Source: an uncultured Methanosarcinaceae archaeon (GTDB taxonomy: Archaea > Halobacteriota > Methanosarcinia > Methanosarcinales > Methanosarcinaceae). Taken from it: a stretch of 64,000 nucleotides of DNA. This document shows positions 1 to 12,483 of the stretch, piece after piece. Made by a program: the position numbers and the translations under genes. The stretch is taken from NCBI GenBank assembly GCA_963733675.1, contig CAVTET010000006.1, positions 160,001 to 224,000 on the forward strand, read 5' to 3'. The notes under the pieces are model-generated. The model made no database searches, was not told the DNA's origin, and saw only the letters and a list, made by a program, of their open reading frames with translations. Positions within the stretch are counted from its first letter, which is position 1. Each line of letters opens with the position of its first letter.

Positions 1-332
1 ATTGATTCTGTTCTCTTTAATGTTAATGATATTCGGACCTTTTATTGGACAGTGGGTCTGATAGAGATCGAAGCTGCTTAATCAACCATCAACCTACATG
101 AAGGGGGAGGGCTTTAGATTAGCTACCTTTCCAATTTTTTATTTAGCTAGTTAAATATTTTTAATTTTTACTTTTTAGGGGTTTTAGGCGTTAACTTAAG
201 TCACTGATCAAATCTGGAAAATTATTATACTTCCATTTTTAGGCAAGTGTAGAGAGGAAGTTTGGTGTATACTATTTTCAACAACTTATAGCCATGACCT
301 ATTCCTCATGTTCTTTTTTGCGTTACATTTTA

Positions 333-1204
333 GAGGCTATCCGAAAAGTCCTGCTGATCTGAATGTTATCAATGCGCACGCTAAATGTAGGATAGCAAGG
401 TAATTTTCAATTTTCTTTTCCCATCTTATAAGGAGTCTTCTGAATCTATTCAGCCAAGAATGTGTCCTTTCTACAACCCATCTTTTTGCCCTAAAACCAG
501 GTATGTCCCTTCTTATGTTTTCTTCCCCGCGACTTTTGATATGCGCAGTATAACCATATTCTTCAACCAATTTTCTGATATCGTTGAAATCATAACCCTT
601 ATCCATGCATATATTCTGAATTATGTCTTCTGCAGAAGGTCTTTCAAAGAATATGGCGTCTAAAGTCCTTTTTACAAGCTTTTTATCGTGACGATTAGCT
701 CCATCAACGACAACAGAAAGTGGTATGCCTTTACCATCAGTTAAAACACTCCTTTTTGTACCTTTTTTGCCACGATCAGTAGGATTGGCTCCTGTTCCAG
801 CTCCACCTAATGGTGCTTTTGTCATAGCACCATCAATTGATTGTCATTCCCATTCTTAATCCTTTTTCGAAATCATACTCAACAATACCAGCCAGCCACA
901 TGCTCTCAAATAAGCCTGATAGTTGCCATTCCTGAAATCGATCATGTACAGTGCTTGAGGCTCCATAAAATCGTGGCAATGCTTTCCATTGGTAACCAGT
1001 AACAAGGAGATAGAAAATGCCACTCATTATTTTCCTATCACCCTTTCTAGGTCTTCCAGACTTCTTTTTTGGCTGAGGTACAGGTAGTAAAGGTTCTATT
1101 TTTTCCAATAATCTTCAGAAATTTCGTAGTCCTGAACAATTTTCCATTTTGTCATTACCACAAATGATCTTAAATTGAAAGTATATTCTTTTTAGGATAG
1201 GCTC
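333..1204 (-). mobile_element. IS5-family insertion sequence (IS1031-like), transposase disrupted
   Basis: Imperfect TIRs GAGGCTATCCGAAAA / TTTTAGGATAGGCTC, TTA on both flanks (330-332, 1205-1207). DDE transposase split into 833..1108 and 337..825 (NPTDRGKKGTKRS, DKGYD, RWVVERT). Confidence 0.9.
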
Positions 1205-1205
1205 T

Positions 1206-1292
1206 TAGTGCGAGCGATACAATTCGAATACACGAACTCCTACGAGACTAAAAACTCAACTATCGCCTTTGACCTAATTGGGCAGCTCCAGC
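1206..1292 (-). pseudogene. decayed tRNA-Leu (GAG-type)
   Basis: Minus strand GCTGGAGCTGCCCAATTAGGTCAAAGGCGATAGTTGAG...CTCGTAGGAGTTCGTGTATTCGAATTGTATCGCTCGCACTA is colinear with an archaeal class II tRNA-Leu (GGTCAAAGGCG D-loop, long variable arm, TTCGAAT). Stems are broken. Confidence 0.75.
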
Positions 1293-1377
1293 ATGTCGAT
1301 ACAGAAAGGAACTTTGATAAACCTTTACAAAAAGAACCGGAGAGATAGCTGAAAACTTGAAGTTAAACGATCAAAAT

Positions 1378-1465
1378 TTGTGCGAGGGGTGAGATTCGAA
1401 CCTATGACAACCTTCATAAACGGATCTGAAGTCTGGTGCTTTTGACATAGCTGGATAACACTCGC
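1378..1465 (-). pseudogene. decayed tRNA-Leu (probably TAA-derived; loop now CTTCAGA)
   Basis: Minus strand GCGAGTG...CCAGACTTCAGATCCGT...GGTTCGAATCTCACCCCTCGCACAA. Acceptor stem 6/7 paired, canonical T-loop, other stems mismatched. TATA-like AT run ~25 nt upstream. Confidence 0.75.
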
Positions 1466-1759
1466 ACATTGAAGGGTAAATTTTTATATTTGTTTCTCTT
1501 ATATTTATTTGCTTTTACTTCCCACTAGATGTTCATTTAAATATATTTTTAGTCCAATATATTGTTTCAGGAGTCCAGTATCTTATGAATGATACCATTG
1601 GATCCAAATTCGGTGAATCTTACTCTACATAGGGGGTTTTCGCATCGTCACAATACAACATCCAGAGTTTTGTCAATTCAACATCAACTATAATATTAAT
1701 CCTGAAAGGATATATGGATTAATATCATATTGGACTTCTAAATATAAGGTAAGATCTTT

Positions 1760-3394
1760 ATGAAAGCTTCGGATCTTTTTGTCGCCCAACTTGAAGAAGA
1801 AGGCACATAGTATATTTTTGGAATTCCAGGAGAAGAAAACCTGGACTTTATAGAGTCATTGAGAATTTCAGGAATCAAACTAATCGTGACAAGGCATGAA
1901 CAGGCTGCAGCTTTTATGGCTACAACCTACGGAAGGCTGACAGGAAAACCAGGGGTTTGTTTTTCAACTCTGGGACCAGGAGCTACTAACCTAGTCACTG
2001 GCGTTGTCCAGGCACAGCTTATAGGAGCTCCTTTTATATCTATCTCCGGTCAAAAGGCACTGAATAACAACTGGCAGGGTCGTTTTCAGGTTGTAGACAT
2101 TGTCAGGATGATGGAGCCACTCTGCAAAAAGGCATTGACCATAACTGATCCAGGAATGATCCCTACAGTAATCCGAAACGCCTTCAAGCTTGCGGAAGCT
2201 GAAAGACCAGGAGCTGTGCATATCGAACTTCCAGAAGATGTGGCTGAGACAGAAACTGATGTAGTAGTACAAAAGAGAAGCGAAATGAGAATTCCTTATC
2301 CGAATTTAGAAGCTGTGAGAAAAGCTGCTTCTATGATCTGTGAAGCTAAAAGTCCCTTGATAATGGTTTCTTCAGGAGCTAATAGAAAAGGGATCCCTGA
2401 AGAGCTTGGGAACTTTGCCACAAAAACAGGCATTTATCTGGTACATACTCAAATGGGGAAAGGTGTTGTTCCTGATGATTGTATTTATAGTCTCTTTGCA
2501 ACCGGAATACATTCCAGAGATTATATAAACTGTGGAATCGATGGATCTGATCTGATAATCACTGTGGGCTACAACATTGCTGAATACCCTCCTTATCTGT
2601 GGAACGGGAAACTAGATAAAAGGATCATAAATATAGATTTCGTGGAATCCGTGCCTGACAGATACTTTAACCCTGCTGTAGAAATCATTGGAGATGTCAC
2701 CTCTTCAATCAGGGAACTTGCTGCAAGCATTCAGGAGAAACGGGAATTTCCTTTCTTTGAGAAAACCAGATATTTCATTGAGGGCAAAATAAATTCTAGC
2801 CCCCCTCCAAAATATCCTCCCTTGCCACAATCAGTAGTACAGAGTGTCAGAAAGGTGCTCGGAAGGGAAGATATAATCACATTGGACAATGGAATTTATA
2901 AGCTGTGGTTTTCTCGCCTTTACAAGACATATGCCCCCAACACTGTACTTCTTGATAATGCCCTTGCAGCTATGGGCGGCGGGCTCTCTGCAGGGATTAC
3001 TGCAAAACTTCTTCATCCTAAACGCCGAGTGCTAGCAATCTGTGGGGACGGGGGCTTTATGATAAACTGCCAGGAGCTGGAAACGGCAACACGTTATGAG
3101 ATTCCCGTAGTTGTTCTTATTCTTAATGATAATGCCTTTGGTTTTATCAAATGGGAGCAGAAAAAGATGAATTTTGAGGATTTCGGGTTGGATTATGGAA
3201 ATCCTGATTTTGCTCTTTTTGCGGAGAGTTTTGGAGCTGCAGGCTTTAAGGTTAGAGAAGGTGATGACCTTGCAGAAATTCTGGAGAGATCTTTTTCCCT
3301 AAATAAAGTAACTCTTGTCGAATGTCCTATAGATTATTCGACAAATTATGATAGCTTTTCGATAGAACTAAGAAGCCTTAAATGTGAATTCTAA
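1760..3394 (+). CDS. acetolactate synthase large subunit (ThDP-dependent) with one in-frame TAG at codon 17
   Basis: ATG 1760 MKASDLFVAQLEEEGT*YIFGIPGEENLD is in frame with ORF 1859..3394. RHEQAAAFMA, GPGATN and GDGGF...NDN motifs present. Confidence 0.85.
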
Positions 3395-3719
3395 TCCATT
3401 CTCCGCAGATGTACACAAAATGCCATAGTTCTTTACTCATCGTATAAAAAGGCGCAAAAAAAACGACACTTTAAGGGACTGTAAAAATATTCTTAATAGT
3501 TCTAAGCAAGTAATGATTCCAAACTATTGTTAATATTTATTGACAAAGTGCTAGCTGAAGCAAAAAGATGAGTTTTGATACAAAAGTGTTTAATTTAATA
3601 CAAATAATTCTTAAAATTAATAGTTAAAACTTTTGATAGTTACGATGTGGTGCAAATACGTCCAGATAACAAAAAAGTCTAATTCCAAAATATATACACT
3701 ATCCAACCTAACCTTAATT

Positions 3720-3922
3720 TTATGCTCCGTTAACTGTGAACGCTGCCCAATAATATGGATGGTGGAAATGCTTCTCTTCTGGAGATTATTTGGCCGTTTC
3801 AACATAGCATTTCCCGTATTGTTCTATTTTTTTCTTACTTTCGTCTTCTCATTCGCTTGAACAGTAGCATTTTTCCACATAATCCGCCACTTGGTGAGAA
3901 GTAAGGTCTCTAACCAAAGTTG
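3720..3922 (-). pseudogene. C-terminal relic of a CHAT (caspase-like) domain protein
   Basis: Minus strand reads QLW/RDLTSHQVADYVEKCY...EKHFHHPYYWAAFTVNGA* with stops and a frameshift. QLWLR and HPYYWAAFxxxG are typical CHAT C-terminal motifs. Confidence 0.65.
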
Positions 3923-4199
3923 AAAAACAAATCCCTGGTTTTCCGTATTTATTGTCTTTACGGTAAAAATCAATAATTCATAGATGAATAAAATACATTT
4001 ATGAAAAATATAAACATTTTTTTTCCATTGATTTTAAACTTAGAGGTAAATCACAGAAGGCAGGGAAAACACGCAAGAAAGTACACAAGTGAACAATTTT
4101 TCCAAGTTTTCCTTGGTCGTAGAATTTTGAGTGGCTTGAGTATAAGCAATTAATTTTGAATATACTTTATTCTTAAAAATACATTTAATTCGTAGCTTA

Positions 4200-5294
4200 C
4201 TACTTTTGAGTAATAATTGTGAGTATATCTTCATCCTGCATTTTATGGTCGAGTCCTACTCGCTGTCCGGGGTGTTTTGCGGAAGTACCCCATATCTGAG
4301 CATAACGGAATTTCCTGCGGAAATCTCGATGCAAGCGATCACAGATCTTACCTATATTGGTTCCGCTCATAACTATCAATGGTTCTTCAATATCTGCGAG
4401 CTGGCCCTGAGGTTTTAAATAGACTCGGATGAAACCGAGGCGATCATAAATTGCGTTTTTGAGGGTTTCGATGTTGATTCCTTCATGAGCCGAGATGAAA
4501 ATTGAGTTAGGGTACATAATTCTACATTCCTCAATCAGCTGAGGATAGCCCAAATCAACCTTGTTAATAACTATCAGCGACCTTACATAACTTCTATTGT
4601 TAAGGACGACATCAATAAGTTGGTCAACTGTGATATTTTCCCTTATAAGTACATTAGCATTATGTATCTTGTACTCATCCATTACAGCCTTGATAGTTTC
4701 CTCATCTAGGTCAAGGTCAATAGTTGAGTTGATCTCTATTCCTCCTCTATCTCTTTTCTTTAGAACCACATCCGGGATCTCTTCATCAACACGAATGCCG
4801 GCCTGATAGAGTTCGTCCATTAGTACTTCATAATGCTTGGGTTGGAATACATCGAGCAAAAATATAACCATATCTGAATTTCGGATAACAGAAATGACTT
4901 CTTTTCCTCGTCCACGTCCCGAAGATGCGCCTTTCACAAGCCCTGGGACATCGAGGAACTGGATTGTTGCTCCTTTATGCTCGAGAACTCCAGGAACAAC
5001 TGTAAGGGTGGTAAAGTCGTATGTTCCAACTTCTGACTTGGCATCCGTGAGTTTGTTAAGAAGCGTAGATTTTCCTACTGATGGAAAACCAACAAGGGTT
5101 ACAGTTCCATCTCCCGATTTTCTGATTGAATATCCATCCCCTCCCCCCTTTGAAGATGCTTTCTTTTCCACCTCGTCTCGCAAGCGAGCTATTTTAGCTT
5201 TCAACCTTCCTATGTGATGGGAAGTTGCCTTGTTGTACTGGGTCTTCCGAATTTCATCTTCTACTTCCTGTATTTGCTCCTGTATACTGCTCAT
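4200..5294 (-). CDS. DRG/OBG-family GTP-binding protein with TGS domain
   Basis: GFPSVGKST, FTTL, DVPG, NKVD G-motifs; C-terminal WGTSAKHPGQRVGLDH. Confidence 0.95.
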   Translation of the reverse strand: MSSIQEQIQEVEDEIRKTQYNKATSHHIGRLKAKIARLRDEVEKKASSKGGGDGYSIRKSGDGTVTLVGFPSVGKSTLLNKLTDAKSEVGTYDFTTLTVVPGVLEHKGATIQFLDVPGLVKGASSGRGRGKEVISVIRNSDMVIFLLDVFQPKHYEVLMDELYQAGIRVDEEIPDVVLKKRDRGGIEINSTIDLDLDEETIKAVMDEYKIHNANVLIRENITVDQLIDVVLNNRSYVRSLIVINKVDLGYPQLIEECRIMYPNSIFISAHEGINIETLKNAIYDRLGFIRVYLKPQGQLADIEEPLIVMSGTNIGKICDRLHRDFRRKFRYAQIWGTSAKHPGQRVGLDHKMQDEDILTIITQK

Positions 5295-6786
5295 CTGGAA
5301 CCTGCCGATTTATGGACTGAATAAATGATTCTCATATTGTCAGAAGAAAGAAACCACATAAAATGGTCTCTAAAAATCTATTTTGATCCAAAAACGATTC
5401 TTCATCTGATTATTTTATCCTGAATAGTTGAATTCAATATATATATCTATGGAATAATTTTATTTATTTATCCGAAAATGATATGAATATTCTGCCAAAT
5501 TTATATTTTTTAACAAGTATACTAATATTTGAAACTTATTGAAAAAGGAGCCTGAAGAAATATCATAGATAAAATTTATGTTATTGAACTTAAAAAAATC
5601 AATAACATTAAACCTTCTAACATCTGGTATTTGATTAGTTAATGTCCAAGGGATTTTCATGATAAATTACTGAGATAGTATAGGCTAGTATAATCATCAA
5701 GTAGATCGGAATTGTTATTTCCAATGCTCTAGATGTTGTGAAGGTTGGATACAAAATTAGGAGGAGACATGATTGAGACGCAAATCTAACAGCCTCTAGT
5801 ATGAGTCACAACTATCTTACAGGCTATGAGAAAGAGGAGTGTTGGAAGCTCCATGAGGAGAATGAAAGGAAAATAGTTATCGCTTTCTTGGTGAGCATAT
5901 AAGCTTAAGGAGAGGAATTTTCAATATAATCTCAGGCTCTAAGGATGATCTGTACCCAACAGTAGCCCAGGATATCATCAAAAATGAAGAAAATAAAAGC
6001 TAAAACTAAGGAGCATAGATAAATTTCAAAAATTTTCGATTCCAATATTTATCCGGCTCTCTACCCTCAGTTCTCACTTTTTATCCCGTTAGCTACCATT
6101 CATTTATATTAATTTATCATTCCAAAGTTTACTTATTCGATTTTACAATTCACTAATTTTTCAAGAATTTTTTTAACCTTAGTTTAGCAGTACAATTTCA
6201 ATTTGCTACGAGATCCAATCTTTTTGTCAAAAATCATTAAACAGCTTCTAAAATTTCATTAAAATTATCTATGAGTGTCAGTTTCCAATCATACACTCTT
6301 AACAAAAGTAAATATGTCTATCTTTTTTATCCCATTTTAACATTTTTACTATTCAATTTTGTAAACAAAATTTAATATTTTTATCCGTTATCCTGCAATC
6401 TATCAAATTCAATATCAAAAATTAGATCAAAGTTTAGGTATCAAATCTACTATATGCAATGGAGTATGTTTGGTCCACAGCTTTGTATACCACGGAATTA
6501 TCCGAAATCATATGTTTTCATTTAATGATACATAATTAGTACTATATTTACTTTGAAGGAAAGGAATGGTGACAGTTAGATAAGAGGAGTCCAAGTTCGA
6601 GAAGAATAGTATTCAAAAATGATCTGAACAAACATAATCAAAATATTTCCTTCTGAAATCGCGATAGGTAAATCTGTTAAGAAAAGCCTATTGAAAAGAT
6701 ATTGATCAAAAAATATTAGTTGGAAAAGCTCTACAAGATTTCATTTTCGTTCTATTTTCCGTGTTTATTCTTCTGTGCCTGGCCTT

Positions 6787-7665
6787 TTATTTGTTGATGA
6801 GTGTGCCTGTGCTCTGGGTTATTTTTTCAAAAGCTTCAGTCATCCTTTTTGTTAGAGGCCCTATTTTGCCTGTGCCTATTGATCTTCCATCAAGTTTGGT
6901 TAAGGGAGCAGCTTCCGCAGCTGTGCCAGTAACAAATATTTCATCTGCTGTGTAGAGGTCAAATAGGCCAAGATTTGTTTCGATGGTTTTGTATCCCATA
7001 TCGTCTAGAAGTTCAATCGCTGTTTCTCTGGTGATCCCTTTTAAGTTGCTGATTGTGAAGGGAGTGAATACTTTGTTGTTTTTGACAATAAAAATATTGT
7101 CTCCTGAGCCTTCGCACACAAAACCGTTTTGGTCCAGGAAGATTGCTTCCTCCCCTCCTTTCTCGTTGGCTTCTATCTTTGCCAGAATATTATTCAGATA
7201 GTTCAGAGATTTGATATTCGGAGATAAGGCATCAGGAGCATTTCTTCGGATACAGACGCTGACTCCTGTGAGCCCAATCTCATAAAGGTCACCATACATC
7301 GCGCCCCAGCCCTGGGCTATAACAATCACGCTTGGCTTTTCACATTTCCGGGGATCAAGCCCAAGATCTCCGACTCCTCTTGATACTATTGGGCGGATGT
7401 AAGCGTCTTTTAGATTGTTTTTCCTTAGGGTTTCAAGGATAATCTCAGTCATCTCATCCTTTGTGAGAGGGATATCCATTGCAATTGCTTTTGCTGAGTC
7501 ATAAAGCCTGTCAACATGCTCCTTTAACTTAAAGACACGCCCATTGTATGCCCTTATACCTTCAAACACACCATCACCATAGAGAAAACCATGGTCATAA
7601 ACCGAAACTTTAGCTTCGGATTTGGGAACAAATTTCCCATCCAAGTAAATCAGCAATTCAGTCAT
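6787..7665 (-). CDS. ilvE: branched-chain amino acid aminotransferase
   Basis: [21 protein letters not shown] (PLP lysine), [13 protein letters not shown]. Likely start [10 protein letters not shown] at 7665. Confidence 0.93.
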   Translation of the reverse strand: MTELLIYLDGKFVPKSEAKVSVYDHGFLYGDGVFEGIRAYNGRVFKLKEHVDRLYDSAKAIAMDIPLTKDEMTEIILETLRKNNLKDAYIRPIVSRGVGDLGLDPRKCEKPSVIVIAQGWGAMYGDLYEIGLTGVSVCIRRNAPDALSPNIKSLNYLNNILAKIEANEKGGEEAIFLDQNGFVCEGSGDNIFIVKNNKVFTPFTISNLKGITRETAIELLDDMGYKTIETNLGLFDLYTADEIFVTGTAAEAAPLTKLDGRSIGTGKIGPLTKRMTEAFEKITQSTGTLINK

Positions 7666-7944
7666 TTGCGAACAATCCTCTTCAATTTCACCAAATTTTA
7701 GATTGCATCTGTTTCTTGATATTTTCAATCTAACGTTATCTCTAACGTACAATTCTTACAGATAATTATTTTTTTCATTTATTCGCAGTACATAAGCTCT
7801 ATGTAGAATTTTTAACGGAATTCAAAGCTTTAGGGAATTTTCCATAACCAATAAATTCATACGTAACACACTGAATATGCGGATAGATACTAAATATATA
7901 TTACAATTTCGTTTCCACATAAATATTTTAACATCCTTTATACC

Positions 7945-8018
7945 CCACTTTCTGCAGATGTGAACAGAAATGTCATCTATTTTCTCAATATGACAGTAGC
8001 TTGAAAATTAATCCTTAT
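7945..8018. repeat. dispersed ~75-bp repeat, copy 1 (IS-end-like)
   Basis: CCACTTTCTGCAGATG...ATCTATTTTCTCAATATGACAGTAGCTT is near-identical to 58531..58602. Confidence 0.75.
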
Positions 8019-8191
8019 TAGTCATTAGCTTGGAATGGAAAAGGTACGGCTCTTATAGATTAAATAAATTCAACGAAGCACTAAAAGCAACACATTTCTT
8101 AACGATAATAGTTAACCTAATATATATAAATAATATTTTTTAACAAGTTAATTGAAAAAATTGATCATATATCCAAAAAAAAATTAAGTGA

Positions 8192-8767
8192 TTATATCGC
8201 GGTAGATATTTTATGAAAAAATAGCTTGATATATCCTAGATAGGGAATCCTGTACTGTGCAGTTCCTATAATCCATTTGTCTTTTACAGGCATATCATAG
8301 CTAATCTGGCCTTCCTGGTCAAAGCGTTTGTTGGTTACAGCATTATCTCCCTTTGTTATATAGCCGGAGTATGGAGCAGAAGGACCCCCTTCCCACATAT
8401 ATTCTCCAGCTTCTACCCTATGCATTGCCCTATGAATAATTGGGGTTACACCCTCCAGACCATATGGACGGTAAAGAATCACATCTCCATAATTTTTAAA
8501 TGATTCATATCCCGCTTTTTTTCCTTCTTCATTCGTGATAATGTTCACTCTATCAATACTTTTAACAAAAATAATATCTCCTATCTGCATATGAGGTTCC
8601 ATACTCCCTGACTCTACTACAACCATTGGAGTCCAGAGCCCGAATACCAGCTTAGAAAGGGCCATAAAAATAATCAGGAAAGCTATGACCGACAAAAAAT
8701 CCTTTCCAAAGGAAACCCAGGTATTTTCCTTCCCCTGGGTACTGTTTTCATTTTCATTCGTGTTCAT
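8192..8767 (-). CDS. signal peptidase I (archaeal Sec11-type)
   Basis: TM segment then VVESGSMEP (catalytic Ser), IIHR, ITKGDN. Confidence 0.92.
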   Translation of the reverse strand: MNTNENENSTQGKENTWVSFGKDFLSVIAFLIIFMALSKLVFGLWTPMVVVESGSMEPHMQIGDIIFVKSIDRVNIITNEEGKKAGYESFKNYGDVILYRPYGLEGVTPIIHRAMHRVEAGEYMWEGGPSAPYSGYITKGDNAVTNKRFDQEGQISYDMPVKDKWIIGTAQYRIPYLGYIKLFFHKISTAI

Positions 8768-9554
8768 AATCAGCCTTTATTTTTTTGATTCTATTCTTCT
8801 GTTGTTGCATCATTTTTCATTTGACCTTCGCAAATGAATATTTATTTGATCAAATTTATATGCTACAGCCTTTAGATTAATTGATACAAACTTCTGATTA
8901 TAGATGATTTCGATAAAGTTCAATTTTTGATTGGTTGTATATAACATATCTAAGTAATTTGTTCAAATCGGAGATTTATCAAAATTTTCTGTAATATATA
9001 TCATTTACACAGCTGAATCATATAATTAGTAGCTTAAGACATTAAATATTTAGAATTTATTACTTTTCACAAACTTGCATGTTCTTTATCTGATATCCAA
9101 TTGTATAAGTCCTATGAGTAATAAAATTAATTATTTATTACAGTACCTCAAGGATTTTTAATCGATAATTTTCAAAAGAATCTCCACTTTTTGTGTCTGA
9201 TTTAAAGATTTGAGTAACATATATGCATTATTCTCTGGATAAATATAGTAAAAGTAAAGAGAATTTTGATCAACCTCTGATTTTCAAGAGTCGTCTTATA
9301 CAAATCATTTATGAGCCTATGACAAAATTTAGGGGTTTATTGAAATCCTCTGGAAATTCGAAAGGAATGTGCTGATGAAAAATTGTATGAATATTAGGTT
9401 CAATAATTAAATTTTCATGAAAATAGCATTCCGGGAAAAAATAAAACCATGTCAGAAAAATTTTTGTATCGAAACTTACACAATCTGTCAGGAAATAATC
9501 ACAACATAGTTTTTCTTTCCCGCTAAACTTCAAAAATAAGTTGATAAATATTTT

Positions 9555-9785
9555 TTATCTTTTCAAAATTCCGACAACAGCAAAATTCGTAAAAATTTCA
9601 GGTCCATGGGGTGCTTCATCAATGGTTTCAGTGAGATCCTGTCCTGAATCATGGAGTCCCTGGTGGACGCCACCTTTCCATAAATAACTATCCGAGAGAT
9701 CATAAATTTGGCCTTTGTAAGCAACATAAACTTTTCCATTTTTCCCATTCATATCTGCAAGTTCTTCAAGTGTGTATTCATCCAT
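9555..9785 (-). CDS. cytochrome b5-like heme/steroid-binding protein
   Basis: YTLEEL...VYVAYKGQIYDLS...WKGGVHQGLH.GQDLT...APHG. Confidence 0.85.
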   Translation of the reverse strand: MDEYTLEELADMNGKNGKVYVAYKGQIYDLSDSYLWKGGVHQGLHDSGQDLTETIDEAPHGPEIFTNFAVVGILKR

Positions 9786-9850
9786 TTCTAGATCTCCATT
9801 TTAATTTTAATATTATTTTACTTTTTGTTTATCTGCAGTCTCAGATACTA

Positions 9851-11986
9851 TCACACATTCAACATTTTCAACATTTCATTGACTTTGGTGGTTGGAAGCT
9901 GACATTCATAGTTCCTGCATACGTATGCAGTAGCCTTTCCCTCTATTGGCATCTGCATTTTAGTATATTCCGCAAGAGTTATAATTTCTGGGTCTCTGCC
10001 TTCTGGTCTGAAAACTAGCACCTTGTTAGGGATGAAATAGGTCCAAAGCTCTTCAAGCATATGTCCCGTATCAGCAGCCTCGCGCTTTCCGGCAATTACC
10101 ACTTCATATGCAGGACCTAATCTGAAGTCAAGGGCTGACAGGAACTGGGTATATCCAGATGGTGTTTTTCGGATCAATTTTGAAAACGCGCGTTCTAGAG
10201 CTTCAACTGTATCTTCCAGTTCAAGATCCGCAGTTATTCTGGAAAGCCTAAGAAGATTCGACATTTCTATTGAATTCCCAGATGGTAGAGCTGTGTCCGC
10301 AAATTCTTTTGTTCTGAAAATGAGTGATTCGCTATCATCAGCAGTAAAAAAGAGTCCACTATGTATCGGATCCCAAAAATGCTCCAGTAGTTCCTTATTT
10401 AGACAAAGGGCTGCTTTAAGATAGCGCAGTTTGAATCCTGCCTCATAAAGTTCAAGGAGTCCATGAATAAGGAATGCGTAATCATCGACAGTTCCAGAAA
10501 TACCAGCTTCACCATCTCTATAGCGGTGAAGCAATCTTTTGCCGGGATTATAAAGGGTTTTGAGGATAAAATCAGCAGCTTTCTCAGCAACCTTCAAATA
10601 TTTTTCCTCACCAAAAGTCTGAAAACCTTTTGCAAGAGCTGCTATCATAAGCCCGTTCCAATCGGTAAGGATCTTATCATCTCTCAAAGGTCTTTTACGT
10701 TTGTTTCGGGCTTCCAAAAGTTTCTCTTTAGCTAATTTTACCCGCCGCTCGATTTCATCTGTTGAAACTTTGAGTTCGGCAGCGAGGACGCCAAAAGGTC
10801 GGATCATATAAAGGATATTAGTCCCAATCTTTTTATCACTAACTTCTTCTTCAAAATTACCTGCTTCTTTCAAATTGAACACGTTTTTGATTAGTTCGGA
10901 TTCCTCAATACCAAGGACACTCCTTATCTCTTCTAATGTCCAGAGGTAATAAATTCCTTCTTCCCCTTCAACATCTGCATCTTCACCACAGTAAAACCCG
11001 CCTTCAATGGACGTCAGGTCTCTTAGCACGTAATCCATAGTTCCCATTGCCGTTTCTTTATATTTTTTTTTTCTGGTAACCTGATAGGCTTCTGTATATG
11101 CAGCAGCAATAAGAGCTTGATCATATAACATTTTTTCAAAATGGGGGACAATCCACATGTTGTCTGTTGAGTAACGATGGAAACCCGAGCCCAAATGATC
11201 CTGGATACCTCCTCTATACATGTTATCCAGAGTAAATTCCACCATGTTTAGTGCCTCAAGGTTCCCCATGCGCCTCCAGTAACGGAGCAAAAAGAATATT
11301 TTGTGCGGAGTCGGAAATTTAGGTGCCCTCCCAAAGCTCCCGTATTCATTGTCAAACGACTTCAGCAGTTCATCGTAAGCCTTGTCCATTATTGCTTCAC
11401 CCATTTTCTCTCCTGAAGACTCTGAGATCATACTCTGTATCCTTATTTCCTCTCCTGAAGACTCTGAGATCATATTCTGTATTGTTAAAGTGATCTTTTC
11501 AGCCGAATCAATCACCTCTTCATTCTGCCTGGTCCACATCTCCTCTATATTAGGCACGAGTTCTAGCATCCCTATCTGACTTAAACGGGATTTTTTGGGA
11601 ATATAAGTTCCTGCAAAGAAAGGCTTCATTTTCGGTGTCATAATTACACTAAGTGGCCAGCCTCCTCTTCCAAGGAAAATTTGACAAATTGTCATGTATA
11701 AGTTATCGATATCCGGTCTCTCTTCTCTATCTACTTTTACACAAACAAAAGCCCTGTTCATAAGTTTTGCTACTTCTTCATCTTCGAAAGATTCATGTGC
11801 CATTACATGACACCAGTGACAGGTCGAGTAACCAATTGAAAGAAAAATAGGTTTATTTTCTCTCCTGGCTTTTTCAAAAGCTTCTTCTCCCCAAGGATAC
11901 CAATCTACAGGATTATATGCATGCTGCAGAAGGTATGGACTTTTTTCATTGACCAAGCAGTTAGCTTTTCTATTTTCTGTTCCCAA
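9851..11986 (-). CDS. YyaL/SSP411-family thioredoxin-domain protein
   Basis: [38 protein letters not shown]. In-frame 42-bp tandem duplication near 11408-11481. Confidence 0.92.
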   Translation of the reverse strand: MGTENRKANCLVNEKSPYLLQHAYNPVDWYPWGEEAFEKARRENKPIFLSIGYSTCHWCHVMAHESFEDEEVAKLMNRAFVCVKVDREERPDIDNLYMTICQIFLGRGGWPLSVIMTPKMKPFFAGTYIPKKSRLSQIGMLELVPNIEEMWTRQNEEVIDSAEKITLTIQNMISESSGEEIRIQSMISESSGEKMGEAIMDKAYDELLKSFDNEYGSFGRAPKFPTPHKIFFLLRYWRRMGNLEALNMVEFTLDNMYRGGIQDHLGSGFHRYSTDNMWIVPHFEKMLYDQALIAAAYTEAYQVTRKKKYKETAMGTMDYVLRDLTSIEGGFYCGEDADVEGEEGIYYLWTLEEIRSVLGIEESELIKNVFNLKEAGNFEEEVSDKKIGTNILYMIRPFGVLAAELKVSTDEIERRVKLAKEKLLEARNKRKRPLRDDKILTDWNGLMIAALAKGFQTFGEEKYLKVAEKAADFILKTLYNPGKRLLHRYRDGEAGISGTVDDYAFLIHGLLELYEAGFKLRYLKAALCLNKELLEHFWDPIHSGLFFTADDSESLIFRTKEFADTALPSGNSIEMSNLLRLSRITADLELEDTVEALERAFSKLIRKTPSGYTQFLSALDFRLGPAYEVVIAGKREAADTGHMLEELWTYFIPNKVLVFRPEGRDPEIITLAEYTKMQMPIEGKATAYVCRNYECQLPTTKVNEMLKMLNV

Positions 11987-12483
11987 TAAAATCCCTTCGG
12001 TTTTATTTCAGGTTTATATTCCTCGCAAGGTATACACTCTACCTACCAAGACTTCAAGTTATTAAGACATTCCTGGACAGGATTTTAACAGTTTATGAAT
12101 ATGAATTTTTACCCTTCGATTTTTCAGTAGGGTTAAGAAATTCTGAATCATATTATTTTCGAGATCTTGACTACAAGAAACTTTTCTATCTCTTACTTCT
12201 CCTCTTGAATATAGATACAGAATAGGTTTCTGTCCCGGCACATTTTCCTCTAGAGCTTCTCGTCTCAATCGAAATTCACTACCTTCCAGGCGATTAAATA
12301 TAAGTAAAATATATAACTTTTGTTTATGTATAAATTGATGGGAAAAAACATCAAGTATAGATAGAGTTTTTTCTTATTCATTGAATTGGAAAGCAGTTTC
12401 TGAATATGCAAGTATCATGAAAAACAGCGAAAAAACTAATCTAGCGGAATTTTAGCTGAAAGTTATTAATTTTTGTGGGGACT

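Noticed and set aside
5770-6003. Eroded coding-like stretch (similar ones at ~12060-12290, ~24030-24450, ~59280-59600)
   Set aside because: Protein-like but no family recognisable by eye; needs blastx.
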